The position numbers and the translations under genes were made by a program. DNA of 64,000 nt from Bacillales bacterium UBA4694 (GTDB lineage Bacteria; Bacillota_I; Bacilli_A; RFN20; CAG-288), in the NCBI GenBank assembly GCA_002404835.1, contig DHKM01000027.1, forward strand, positions 15,514 through 79,513. The letters are read 5' to 3'. The notes beneath the pieces are model-generated. The model was given only the letters and a program-made list of their open reading frames with translations, had not been told where the DNA came from and did not search any database. The stretch's first letter is position 1. Each line of letters begins with the position of its first letter. Below, in pieces: positions 20,068 through 29,250 of this stretch.

Positions 20068-20884
20068 TTTCTTTTTCAGCTTCACCTTCTAGCTGAGCGA
20101 TTCTTTGCAAAGAGATGCCATAAGTCTTGGCGATTTCCTGTAGTGTTTCTTTTTTGCAATCAATTCCATGCCGCCTTTTGTAAATATCCTTTTTCTTTTC
20201 ACCAAGTGAATCAAGGGCTTCAAGGAACACTTCGTAAATCTCTTTCTGCTTGGCAGCTTTTGATGGATCGGCACTGTCATCCGGATAATAGTCCTGTATA
20301 GCAACCTTGTCCGGATCAGAATCCTGGCTTTTGTTATCACTGGAAATCACATAGTTACTATATCTTTTCAAATCCAGAACATCATTCAGGGGTACATTAA
20401 GTTCATCAGCTATCTCCTGATCGGTTGGGGTTCGGTCCAACTTTTGAGTCAATTTTTCGATAGTATCCGATAATCGATTCATTTTCAGTTGGACATTGCT
20501 GGGAATCGAGATTATGTGCCTGACCTGTTGGATGTATTTATTCATGCTTGTTCTGATATAAGGAAAAGCAAAAGTCGAAAACATGACGTTGTAACTGGGA
20601 TCGAAATTTTCGACGGCACTCATTAAACCCATGGATCCTTCCTGAACCAAGTCTTCCATTGGAACATGCCATTTTCTTGAATAGCCTTGCGCAATGCGAT
20701 AGACCATGCGTATGTTATTGGTAACAATTTCGTTTCTTAGATCCTCATCCTTAGTAACATGATATTCTTTCAGGTCTTCAATATTCTGTTCTTGAAGTGT
20801 CTTAACGGATTCCTTTTCTTCTTCTTTCAGCTTTTCTTCTAATTCATCGATATCGTCTATAATTTCTTTTTTTGGGTTTTCCAT
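20036..20884 (-). CDS. additional sigma-70 family sigma factor (SigA-like regions 2-4, divergent region 2.4)
   Basis: DLVQEGSMGLMSAVENFDPSYNVMFSTFAFPYIRTSMNKYI (regions 2.2-2.4), IISIPSNVQLKMNRL (region 3), ETLQEIAKTYGISLQRIAQLEGEAEKEI (region 4.2 HTH). Last gene of the dnaG-rpoD-trmK-nif3 unit. Confidence 0.8.
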   Translation of the reverse strand: MENPKKEIIDDIDELEEKLKEEEKESVKTLQEQNIEDLKEYHVTKDEDLRNEIVTNNIRMVYRIAQGYSRKWHVPMEDLVQEGSMGLMSAVENFDPSYNVMFSTFAFPYIRTSMNKYIQQVRHIISIPSNVQLKMNRLSDTIEKLTQKLDRTPTDQEIADELNVPLNDVLDLKRYSNYVISSDNKSQDSDPDKVAIQDYYPDDSADPSKAAKQKEIYEVFLEALDSLGEKKKDIYKRRHGIDCKKETLQEIAKTYGISLQRIAQLEGEAEKEIKNKLKDYLE

Positions 20885-21658
20885 TTAAACCTCCTGGAAA
20901 TCATGCTCGAAATGGAAAGGAAGAATATCAAGGCCATTATCAATAGACAAAAGGAATTCACGCATCCCATTCAAAAACGCATCTTCTTCAACCTCATGCG
21001 AAATGTCTATATAATTGATTTGATATCGCCTTATATCAAGTCTAGTGTGATGAGGACAGTCCCCTGAAATATAACAATCCGCACCACAATCGATAGCCTG
21101 ATGAAACATGGAAGAAGCACCGCCGGCAACAAGAGCAATCCGTCTAATTTCTTTAATTGCACCTGATTCGTAAAAAACGTAGGGAAGTCGAAGCTTTTCT
21201 TTGATTTCTGAAGCAAGTTCTTCAATTGAACAGGTTTTCTTCAAAACGGCAAAACGCATCAAAGAATCCTGGTGTATTCGTTCTACATCAAGTCCTAATT
21301 TCTGAATGACTTGATCATTAATTCCCCCAATTCCCTTATCAAAACATGTATGATAGGAATAAATGGGTGCGTCAAGTTCATTCTCAATCAGAATACATAA
21401 ATCTTCTTTCAAGGGATCTTTTTTCAGAACCTCGCTCTTTTTTCCGAAAAGAAAAGGATGATGGGTTAAAATCAGATCAGGCTGATATTCAAGAGCCTTT
21501 TTGAAACATGTTTCTTCAAAATCAAGGCACAAAAAAACTTTATGTATTTCTTTGTTGGGTTCCTTTTTTCCAATCTGATAGCCAGGGAAATCCCACGCCT
21601 CGCTTAACGTAAAAGGAAAGCGGGTTGATAGTTTACGAATCAGTGCTCTAAGTTCCAT
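20885..21658 (-). CDS. Nif3-like dinuclear metal-centre protein (YqfO family)
   Basis: LILTHHPFLF, YSYHTCFD, YISGDCPHH. Follows trmK as in Bacillus. Confidence 0.85.
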   Translation of the reverse strand: MELRALIRKLSTRFPFTLSEAWDFPGYQIGKKEPNKEIHKVFLCLDFEETCFKKALEYQPDLILTHHPFLFGKKSEVLKKDPLKEDLCILIENELDAPIYSYHTCFDKGIGGINDQVIQKLGLDVERIHQDSLMRFAVLKKTCSIEELASEIKEKLRLPYVFYESGAIKEIRRIALVAGGASSMFHQAIDCGADCYISGDCPHHTRLDIRRYQINYIDISHEVEEDAFLNGMREFLLSIDNGLDILPFHFEHDFQEV

Positions 21659-22266
21659 ATTTTCAGTGCATTCTTTAAAATTTCAATTTCTTCATCTTTT
21701 TCGTGAATACCTTTGGTTTGGATTGAGAGAAGAAGATTCAGTTCTCTCTCCAATTTTTGCTTTAAAAGAAAATCCTTATGATGAAGAGGGAATTTTCCAA
21801 AACGGTCATCGTATTCGTCATGCTGCATTTTACCCTTATAAGTGAAACTCAAAAGGGGATAATAATGTTTTTCAAAAACGTAACATCCAGTTTCATCCTG
21901 GAAACCAAATTCATAAAGTCTTGAGAACAGTTTTTCGGGATCAGTCTGCGGTTCAATAATGAGATGTTTGATTCTTTTCAGTTTGTCCAAATCTCGGAAG
22001 AGAATTTCCTCCATTGTCGAAGCCCCCATTCCCAAAAGGTATACGCCGCTGACATCAGGCGGCATATATTCTAAACCATCGGCAAAAAGACAAGATATAT
22101 TGCAGTTAGACTCTTTGATCGAGTTTACAAGGGTATCAAACGGTCCCTTTTTATTCTCAACTGCATAAACTTTAATTCCTTTTTCTGCTAAATCAATGGA
22201 CAAATAGCCATGATTTGCGCCGACATCCATATAAACGTGACCAGGCTTAGCATAAGAGGAAGCCAC
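21640..22266 (-). CDS. trmK: tRNA (adenine22-N1)-methyltransferase TrmK; the true start may lie upstream
   Basis: DVGANHGYLSIDLAEKG (SAM-binding), ADGL, LLGMGASTMEEIL. The in-frame codons upstream of the GTG at 22266 read KLTKRLSV, which matches the conserved TrmK N-terminus. Confidence 0.85.
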   Translation of the reverse strand: MASSYAKPGHVYMDVGANHGYLSIDLAEKGIKVYAVENKKGPFDTLVNSIKESNCNISCLFADGLEYMPPDVSGVYLLGMGASTMEEILFRDLDKLKRIKHLIIEPQTDPEKLFSRLYEFGFQDETGCYVFEKHYYPLLSFTYKGKMQHDEYDDRFGKFPLHHKDFLLKQKLERELNLLLSIQTKGIHEKDEEIEILKNALKIWNLEH

Positions 22267-22285
22267 GCTAAGCCTTTTTGTAAGT

Positions 22286-23836
22286 TTAGAATTCGTTTCT
22301 AAAATCCTTAAGCAGCTTGGCCCTAGAAGGATGTCTAAGTTTCTTTAGAGCTTTTGCTTCGATTTGTCTAATTCTTTCACGCGTAACGTTGAATTCTCTG
22401 CCTACTTCCTCGAGAGTGTGGGTCCTACCATCCTCCAGGCCATATCTAAGACGAATAACTCTTGCTTCCCTATCGGTCAACTGATCGAGGACTTCGTTGA
22501 TTCTTTCCGTTTCCATAGCTCGATTCGCAAAATCATACGGTGATTCATTGTCTTTGTCGACAATGAAGTCGCCTACATGACTGTCCTCTTCCTCACCTAC
22601 CGGTTTTTCCAAAGAAAGCGGATCCAAAGCAATTTGCTGGATTTCAGCGATTCTAGCCGGAGACCAAGTACCGCCGAGTTCTTCGCTGATTTCCTCTGGA
22701 GTTGGGTCACGATTTAATTTCTGGACAAGTTTCCTTTGGGCGCGTGTTATCTTGTTAATCGTTTCTACCATATGAACCGGAATACGGATGGTTCTAGCTT
22801 GATCGGCAAGAGCTCTGGTGATAGCCTGTCTAATCCACCAAGTAGCATAAGTCGAAAATTTAAAGCCTCTTGTATAGTCGAATTTTCCGACAGCCTTCAT
22901 CAGGCCCAAGTTTCCTTCTTGGATTAAATCCAGGAAATCCATACCACGGTTCACATAATGTTTTGCAATGGAAACAACAAGCTTCAAATTGCATTGAATC
23001 AAAGCATCTTTGGCATCATGACCATCCTGATAAGCTTCCTTTTTATCCCAAATCTCAAAATTGCCATCCGAAGGATAGTCCATATTATCACACCAAGTAT
23101 CAAAATCATAATCTCCGCCATGGCTAAGGTATTCATCGTAAAGTGGTTGCAAATCTTTCCTGGCTTCATCCCCGAGAATAATCCGTTTTGCAAGTTCGAC
23201 TTCTTCATCTTTGTTCTTCAATACCTGATAAGTTCCGATTGCATGTAGATACTGTCTTACAGGGTCAGCGTTTTTAACATCGGCAGCAGGGAAAAGAATT
23301 TCCTCTTCAAGTTCTTCATCTGTAATCTCGTTTTCGGAATCGACAAGTTCAGAATCATCAGTTTCCAAAAGTATTTCATCATCACTTGTCTCAAGTATTC
23401 CTTTGTCTTGACAGAAATTGAATATTTCATCCTGTTCATCATCGTTCAAGACAAAATGAGACAGGACTTTATTAACAGAATCTTCACTTAGAATACCATC
23501 GTTCTTACCTGCTTCTTCAAGAAGTTTTTCTTTTACTTTGTCAAGACCCATAACAAGATCATCCGTCTTTGCTAGATCCTGAACCGTAATTTTTTCATTA
23601 ACCTCAGACCCGGTTTGAACTTCTTCTTTTTTCTTGTTTCCCATAAGAGGAAGCTCTTCGTTCAAAGCTTGGTATTTTGTTTCCGTAGGCTTTGCTAAGC
23701 TCTCCTTTTTTTCTTTGGTCTTCGTTTCTTTCTTAGGTTTACTTTCCTTGGTTTCAGTCTTGCTTTTTTTCTTAGAGACAGTTTTTTTCTTTATTTCTTC
23801 TTCTGGCTCTTCCGTTTTGATTTTCTTTGTTGTCAT
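22286..23836 (-). CDS. rpoD: primary RNA polymerase sigma factor (long Lys/Glu-rich N-terminal region)
   Basis: [87 protein letters not shown]. Confidence 0.95.
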   Translation of the reverse strand: MTTKKIKTEEPEEEIKKKTVSKKKSKTETKESKPKKETKTKEKKESLAKPTETKYQALNEELPLMGNKKKEEVQTGSEVNEKITVQDLAKTDDLVMGLDKVKEKLLEEAGKNDGILSEDSVNKVLSHFVLNDDEQDEIFNFCQDKGILETSDDEILLETDDSELVDSENEITDEELEEEILFPAADVKNADPVRQYLHAIGTYQVLKNKDEEVELAKRIILGDEARKDLQPLYDEYLSHGGDYDFDTWCDNMDYPSDGNFEIWDKKEAYQDGHDAKDALIQCNLKLVVSIAKHYVNRGMDFLDLIQEGNLGLMKAVGKFDYTRGFKFSTYATWWIRQAITRALADQARTIRIPVHMVETINKITRAQRKLVQKLNRDPTPEEISEELGGTWSPARIAEIQQIALDPLSLEKPVGEEEDSHVGDFIVDKDNESPYDFANRAMETERINEVLDQLTDREARVIRLRYGLEDGRTHTLEEVGREFNVTRERIRQIEAKALKKLRHPSRAKLLKDFRNEF

Positions 23837-23852
23837 AAATATTCTCCCAAAA

Positions 23853-23882
23853 ATAATATGAAAATTTTTTTCCTTATTTCAA
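23853..23882 (-). promoter_or_regulatory. candidate promoter for rpoD
   Basis: Minus strand TTGAAA (23877-23882), an 18-nt spacer, then TATTAT (23853-23858). GGGAG RBS before the ATG at 23836. Confidence 0.35.
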
Positions 23883-23973
23883 GGAAACAAGCAAAGAAAA
23901 CATGCAAAAAGTTAAAAAACGTCAATTATTTAAGTATTTTACCTTCCAATTAAGCGCAAACAATAACAGAAAT

Positions 23974-26193
23974 TCATATTTTCTGAAATTCAATAATATA
24001 GGAGAGGTATTTCGTATAGTCCTGGTTGGACATGGTGCCTCCCTTTTCTTCAGATACGTTTTTCAAGAAATGATAAATATCGACAAGCCGTTGATGAGAC
24101 TTAATATCCTGATCAAATTTTCCTGCATCAAAAAGAGGATCACTGATTGAGGAAACAAGAGAAAGGATACGAATCAGTAAATCCTTTTCATCAGATTCGA
24201 GTTGCGAGCCATCAAAGGTTTCTTCGCCTTTGGCCTCCTGAATAATGTCATCCACATCAAAAAGATCTTCAAATTCCGAAAGTGTCGAAGCTGAATCATT
24301 GTTTTGGATAGTTTCATCGTCTGACATATCGAACAAATCGCTGGTGTCATCTTGAGGGTCACTTGCCTTTTCATCCGCTTTTGCCATATCGCTGTCCATC
24401 AATGACTTCACAATGGATTCATAATCTTTCTTTTCCAATATTTCCAACTGATTATGAGTCAAGTAAAAGGAACCCAAGATCGAATTCAGAACATAAAGAG
24501 GATGAATAACAAAAGAAGAATTCGTTGCCTCAAAAATAGAATAGGCACTCCTTCTTTGCGAAAGAACCACTATCAATCTAGCTTCTACCTCGCAAAGTTT
24601 CTTCATATAATCGACAAATGTAGTTTTTCCAGAATAAGGTAAAATACTGTTTAAAGGGAAAAGAAAATCCTTCTTTTTGCAAAATTCGATAATACGATTC
24701 TCAATCTCTTCATAAGCAGATAGCTGATTATACTTGCATCCAAATTTGTATAAAGAGATATTGAGAAAATCCGGTTCATAGACACGATTTCCGAAATTGG
24801 AACTTCGTCGAATATGCCGAACAAATTTTTTCTCCCGTTCTGCATCTTCCTTTTCTCTTTTTTTGAGTTCAAATTCATTTTTTCCTTTACGGAACACCTC
24901 AAGGATGGAAGAGCTGTCAAATCCAGTTTTCTCAGCTAGAATCTTCAAATCTCTGTCCTGACTCAAAGGATCAAGAGCCAAATAATAACCGGTTATGCTT
25001 TCGAGAAAATTCAGCACTTCCTTTGAATCATTCAAAACGCCGGAAGAGGATACTTTCCTTCCCAAAAGAAAAATAACAGGATCATAAAGTCGATTGACTT
25101 GACGCAAAAATTCATCTTTACCGAATTTTGTAAGCAATTCATCTGCGTCTTTGGCATTCTTAAAAGCCCACTGCATCCTCATTGGTAAGCCAGTTTTGAA
25201 AAGTTCCGGAATCGCCCTTTCGATTCCCAAACGTCCTGGTTCATCTGAATCCAGGGCAAGTCTGACTTCGACACCAAGTCTTTTCAATGTATCGATATGA
25301 TTTGGGGTTAAGGCCGTCCCCATTAAACCAGCCACAGAAACAATGCCAGCCCTAACATAAGCAATGACATCCATGTAACCTTCCACAAGATAAATATAAC
25401 CGACTTTCTTTGCTTCCTCTTTGGCTTTGTAAAAGTGATACATGATTTCTGACTTCTTGAAAAGAGGAGTCTCGGAATAATTTATATATTTTCCTCCGGA
25501 TTGGTCGTTATTGATTTTCCGACCGGAAAAAGCCACGACATGACCATCATTGTCCTGAATCGGAAACATAATTCTATTTTCGTAGCGATCCGCAAGCTGA
25601 CCACCAGAAGAAAGAATACCGGCTGTTTCCAATGTCTTAACATCAAACCCTTTGTTCTCCCTTAGTTTCGTAATCAAGGAAGAAGAGTCGCTAGGAGCAA
25701 AACCAATAGAAAAATGTTCAATCACATCTTTGGTGATTTTTCTATTTTGAAGGTATTCTCTTGCCAATTTTCCTTCATTCGAAATGAGATTCAAACGATA
25801 AATTTCATCCGTCGCCTTCAAAGCTTCAAGCTCTTTTGGAAAATCCTGTTCAATTTTTGGAATTGCTTTTTTAAATTCTTTTATAGATGGAGGCAATTCA
25901 ATATGACAAATAGATGCAACTTTTTTTAAAGCTTCTAAAGCAGATACATGCTCATACTGTTGGACAAATCCAATTGCATCACCCCCATGACCGTCGACAA
26001 AACACTTGAAACTCTGACGATTCGGATCAATCATCATACTAGGAGAGTGATCATCATGAAAAGGGCAACGGCAAACATATTTGTTTCCTTTGTGAATGAC
26101 TTCCTTGCTTCCCAAATAAAAAGCAATGACATCGACAATCGATGCCTTGCTTTTTACGATTTGAAATATATTATCTTTATCCTGATTATCCAC
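23974..26193 (-). CDS. dnaG: DNA primase (variant zinc ribbon, long acidic C-terminal region)
   Basis: CPFHDDHSPSM, a Toprim/RNA-polymerase core (EGYMDVIA, LDSDEPG) and position upstream of rpoD. By alignment the N-terminus starts near the GTG at 26193. The ORF continues to the ATG at 26250, overlapping glyQS by 47 nt. Confidence 0.88.
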   Translation of the reverse strand: MDNQDKDNIFQIVKSKASIVDVIAFYLGSKEVIHKGNKYVCRCPFHDDHSPSMMIDPNRQSFKCFVDGHGGDAIGFVQQYEHVSALEALKKVASICHIELPPSIKEFKKAIPKIEQDFPKELEALKATDEIYRLNLISNEGKLAREYLQNRKITKDVIEHFSIGFAPSDSSSLITKLRENKGFDVKTLETAGILSSGGQLADRYENRIMFPIQDNDGHVVAFSGRKINNDQSGGKYINYSETPLFKKSEIMYHFYKAKEEAKKVGYIYLVEGYMDVIAYVRAGIVSVAGLMGTALTPNHIDTLKRLGVEVRLALDSDEPGRLGIERAIPELFKTGLPMRMQWAFKNAKDADELLTKFGKDEFLRQVNRLYDPVIFLLGRKVSSSGVLNDSKEVLNFLESITGYYLALDPLSQDRDLKILAEKTGFDSSSILEVFRKGKNEFELKKREKEDAEREKKFVRHIRRSSNFGNRVYEPDFLNISLYKFGCKYNQLSAYEEIENRIIEFCKKKDFLFPLNSILPYSGKTTFVDYMKKLCEVEARLIVVLSQRRSAYSIFEATNSSFVIHPLYVLNSILGSFYLTHNQLEILEKKDYESIVKSLMDSDMAKADEKASDPQDDTSDLFDMSDDETIQNNDSASTLSEFEDLFDVDDIIQEAKGEETFDGSQLESDEKDLLIRILSLVSSISDPLFDAGKFDQDIKSHQRLVDIYHFLKNVSEEKGGTMSNQDYTKYLSYIIEFQKI

Positions 26194-26203
26194 GTTAGAC
26201 CTA

Positions 26204-27601
26204 TTACATGACTCTTCTCTTACGGATAAATCCGTTAATATAATCCTCAATCTCGTCTATCTTGATTCTTTCCTGTTTCATCGAATCACGCTCACGGATT
26301 GTGACACATTGGTCATTTTCGCTGTCAAAATCATAAGTGATGCAAAATGGGGTTCCGATGGCATCTTCTCTGCGGTATCTCTTACCGATCGAGCCAGTAG
26401 TATCAAAAATGGCATCATAACTTTGATGAAGAGTGTCAAATACTTTTTTCGCCGGTTCGATAAGTTTGTTGGAAAGAGGCATAACAGCAAGGGTATAAGG
26501 AGCAAGCTCCGGAGTGAAATGCATAACAATTCTGGTATCTTTCTTTTCCTCATCCAAAACCTCTTCATCATAAGCATCACAACAAAGTGCGAGCATCAGA
26601 CGATCAAGACCAAAAGACGGTTCAACGACGTGAGGGATATAACGGGTGTTATCACTTGAATCCAAATAGGACATATCCTGTCCACTTGCTTCCTGATGAC
26701 GGGTGAGATCATAATTTCCTCTACAAGCAATCCCCATAAGTTCACCCCATCCGAGAGACGGGAAAAGATATTCGATATCCGTTGTTGCTTTAGAATAAAA
26801 AGCAAGTTCGGCCGGCTCATGATCACGGAATCTTACACATTCATCTTTGAGGCCAAGCTTTTCCACGAATGATTTGCAGTTATCCTTGTAGAAGTTGAAC
26901 CATTTGTCATCTTCTCCAGGTTTGAAAAAGAATTCAATTTCCATTTGCTCGAATTCTCTCGTACGGAAAGTGAAGTTTCCAGGAGTGATTTCATTGCGGA
27001 AGGCTTTACCAATATCACAAATACCAATAGGAAGCTTTCTTCTCGTTGTTCTCATCACATTTTTGAAATTCACGAAACATCCCTGAGCAGTTTCAGGTCT
27101 TAAATAAACGGTTGAAGAATTTTCTTCGGTGACGCCGATAAAAGTTTTAAACATCATCTGGAACTGTCTGATAGGAGTAAATGAGGTCTTATGACAAGAT
27201 GGACATTCAATTTTTCCGGATTGGACAAGATCATTCAGTTCTTCCTGGGTCATGCCATCAACATCCAAATCTGGCATTTGCTCATGAACAAGTGTATCAG
27301 CACGATAACGGCTGTGGCAGTATTTGCAGTCCACAAGAGGATCATGGAAGTTTGCAACATGTCCGGTAGCCTGCCATACCTTCGGATTCATGATGATGGC
27401 TGGATCAATTTGGACATTGTATTCAATGCCGCGGACAAAATGTCTTAACCACAGGTCTTTGACATGGTTTTTAAGAAGGGCTCCTAATGGGCCATAGTCC
27501 CAGGAATTGGAAAGACCGCCATAAATTTCACTTCCGGGATAAACAAAACCTGATGTAATCAAATGAGTCGTAATTTCTTCGAATGTGTGTTTCGTAGACA
27601 T
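26204..27601 (-). CDS. glyQS: glycine--tRNA ligase (alpha2 class II type)
   Basis: GFVYPGSEIYGGLSNSWDYGPLG, FRNEITPGNFTFRTREFEQMEIEFF, VEPSFGLDRL. Confidence 0.95.
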   Translation of the reverse strand: MSTKHTFEEITTHLITSGFVYPGSEIYGGLSNSWDYGPLGALLKNHVKDLWLRHFVRGIEYNVQIDPAIIMNPKVWQATGHVANFHDPLVDCKYCHSRYRADTLVHEQMPDLDVDGMTQEELNDLVQSGKIECPSCHKTSFTPIRQFQMMFKTFIGVTEENSSTVYLRPETAQGCFVNFKNVMRTTRRKLPIGICDIGKAFRNEITPGNFTFRTREFEQMEIEFFFKPGEDDKWFNFYKDNCKSFVEKLGLKDECVRFRDHEPAELAFYSKATTDIEYLFPSLGWGELMGIACRGNYDLTRHQEASGQDMSYLDSSDNTRYIPHVVEPSFGLDRLMLALCCDAYDEEVLDEEKKDTRIVMHFTPELAPYTLAVMPLSNKLIEPAKKVFDTLHQSYDAIFDTTGSIGKRYRREDAIGTPFCITYDFDSENDQCVTIRERDSMKQERIKIDEIEDYINGFIRKRRVM

Positions 27602-27652
27602 ATAATTTTTACCTCGTTTTTAAACTTTAATAGTATAGCACCTTATCTTCAT

Positions 27653-28381
27653 TTAGGATATGGCTTCTAAAAGCATGGACAAAGAAGAAATTTTCTTGAT
27701 ATCGTAATAATCCATCAAATTCTGTAAAAGGGCAAGAAGGATTTTCTTACCAGGCTCTTTAGGAACCACTTTGGAAACGGTTCTCGCATTGATATCCATG
27801 AAAGCGAATTTTAAAATGTACAATTCGATTGGATTGCATCTTTCTTTTGTGCAATCCGAACAGAGAAAGCCTCCGTCCTCAAATGAAAAATAGACAAGAT
27901 GATCCTTTCGATGGCATTTAACGCATTCTTTCGTATCCATTCGGATGCCTAAATAAGTATAGACGACACCAAGATAAAGAAGAGAAAGGGTGATTAGGTC
28001 CTGATCAGAATTCATTATAAGGAAGGAAACTTCTTCCAAAGGATAGTTGTCCCCATACCTGAAAAAAGCCATAGAAGTTTCTTGGAGAAAAGAAAAAAAC
28101 AGATTTTTTTTCAAATCCAAATAAGAAGCAGAGATATCACTCAAGACATGGGCTTGTTTGGCTATTGCAAAATCATCTTTCGTTCTAGAAATATCGACTT
28201 CTACTAAGTTAAAAGCAAGAAGCATGCATTTCAAATTGCTTTTCATACGATAAATATGAGAGCAAAGAAATCCTTGGATTCCCTGTTTCGTTGCCATGGT
28301 GACAATGGCAGAATCCTCTTTAAAAGCTGATATAGAAAGAACGAGGCCGATGATTCTTTCGTTCTTAGAAGGAATCATCAA
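27653..28381 (-). CDS. recO: DNA repair protein RecO
   Basis: Zinc motif CVKCHRKDHLVYFSFEDGGFLCSDC, an OB-like N-terminus, and position after era with an ATGA overlap. Confidence 0.8.
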   Translation of the reverse strand: MMIPSKNERIIGLVLSISAFKEDSAIVTMATKQGIQGFLCSHIYRMKSNLKCMLLAFNLVEVDISRTKDDFAIAKQAHVLSDISASYLDLKKNLFFSFLQETSMAFFRYGDNYPLEEVSFLIMNSDQDLITLSLLYLGVVYTYLGIRMDTKECVKCHRKDHLVYFSFEDGGFLCSDCTKERCNPIELYILKFAFMDINARTVSKVVPKEPGKKILLALLQNLMDYYDIKKISSLSMLLEAIS

Positions 28382-29250
28382 TCCTCATAGCCGAATTTCT
28401 TCAGATACTTATCGGAATTTCTCCATCCCGGAATGCATTTCACAACCAAATCACAATAACATGGTTTCCCGAAATAGGCAGAAATTGCCGTTTCACTGAA
28501 TTTCGAAATCGTAGAAATCATTTTGCCGTTTTGCCCAATGACGATTCCCTTTTCGGAATCTTTATCGACAATGATGTTGGCTCTCACTTCAATTCCGTCA
28601 TCTTCCTCTTCGACGCTTTTTACGTCAACATAAATGCTGTGCGGAACTTCCTTATCCAAAGTGCGCATGCATTTTTCACGAATGATTTCCGCTATAATAA
28701 ATTCCATCGGATGATCCGAAACCATATCGAGAGGATAATACGTTTCACCTTCGGGTAATTTATCTTTCAAGCAATTTAAAATCGTATCGATGTTAAATCC
28801 GTCTTTTGCAGAAGTTTCGATAAACTGGGCTTTAGGAAGGACTTCCTGATAACGAGCGAGTCTTTCTTTGGCGATATCAATCCGACAAAGATCGATTTTA
28901 TTGAATGCAACAATGACAGGGATATCCTGTTTCGATAATTTTTGTGCAAGTTCAAAATTTGGCGCTTCACTGGCATCAATAACATAAAGAATGACGTCAA
29001 CACCTTCTTTTGCATTTTCAGCATCTCTTAGAAGAATGGAGCCAAGCTTTGCATGAGGTTTGAAAACACCTGGAGTGTCGACAAAAACGATTTGACTATC
29101 TTCATCGTTATAGATTGCTTGGATGTTATCCCTTGTGGTCTGCGGTTTAGAAGATACAGCGAGGAGTTTGAATCCTAAGCATTTATTGATGATTGTGCTT
29201 TTACCGGCGTTAGCTCTTCCATAGACGCATACATATCCTACTTTTTTCAT
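28378..29250 (-). CDS. era: GTPase Era
   Basis: GRANAGKSTIIN (G1), DTPG (G3), NKID (G4) and a C-terminal KH domain (VDKDSEKGIVIGQNGKMI). Confidence 0.95.
   Translation of the reverse strand: MKKVGYVCVYGRANAGKSTIINKCLGFKLLAVSSKPQTTRDNIQAIYNDEDSQIVFVDTPGVFKPHAKLGSILLRDAENAKEGVDVILYVIDASEAPNFELAQKLSKQDIPVIVAFNKIDLCRIDIAKERLARYQEVLPKAQFIETSAKDGFNIDTILNCLKDKLPEGETYYPLDMVSDHPMEFIIAEIIREKCMRTLDKEVPHSIYVDVKSVEEEDDGIEVRANIIVDKDSEKGIVIGQNGKMISTISKFSETAISAYFGKPCYCDLVVKCIPGWRNSDKYLKKFGYED

Noticed and set aside
26185-26193. TTATCCACG (8/9 match to the DnaA box) at the dnaG start
   Set aside because: It is a single isolated copy inside coding sequence. The window has no cluster of boxes, no AT-rich unwinding element and no dnaA/dnaN context.
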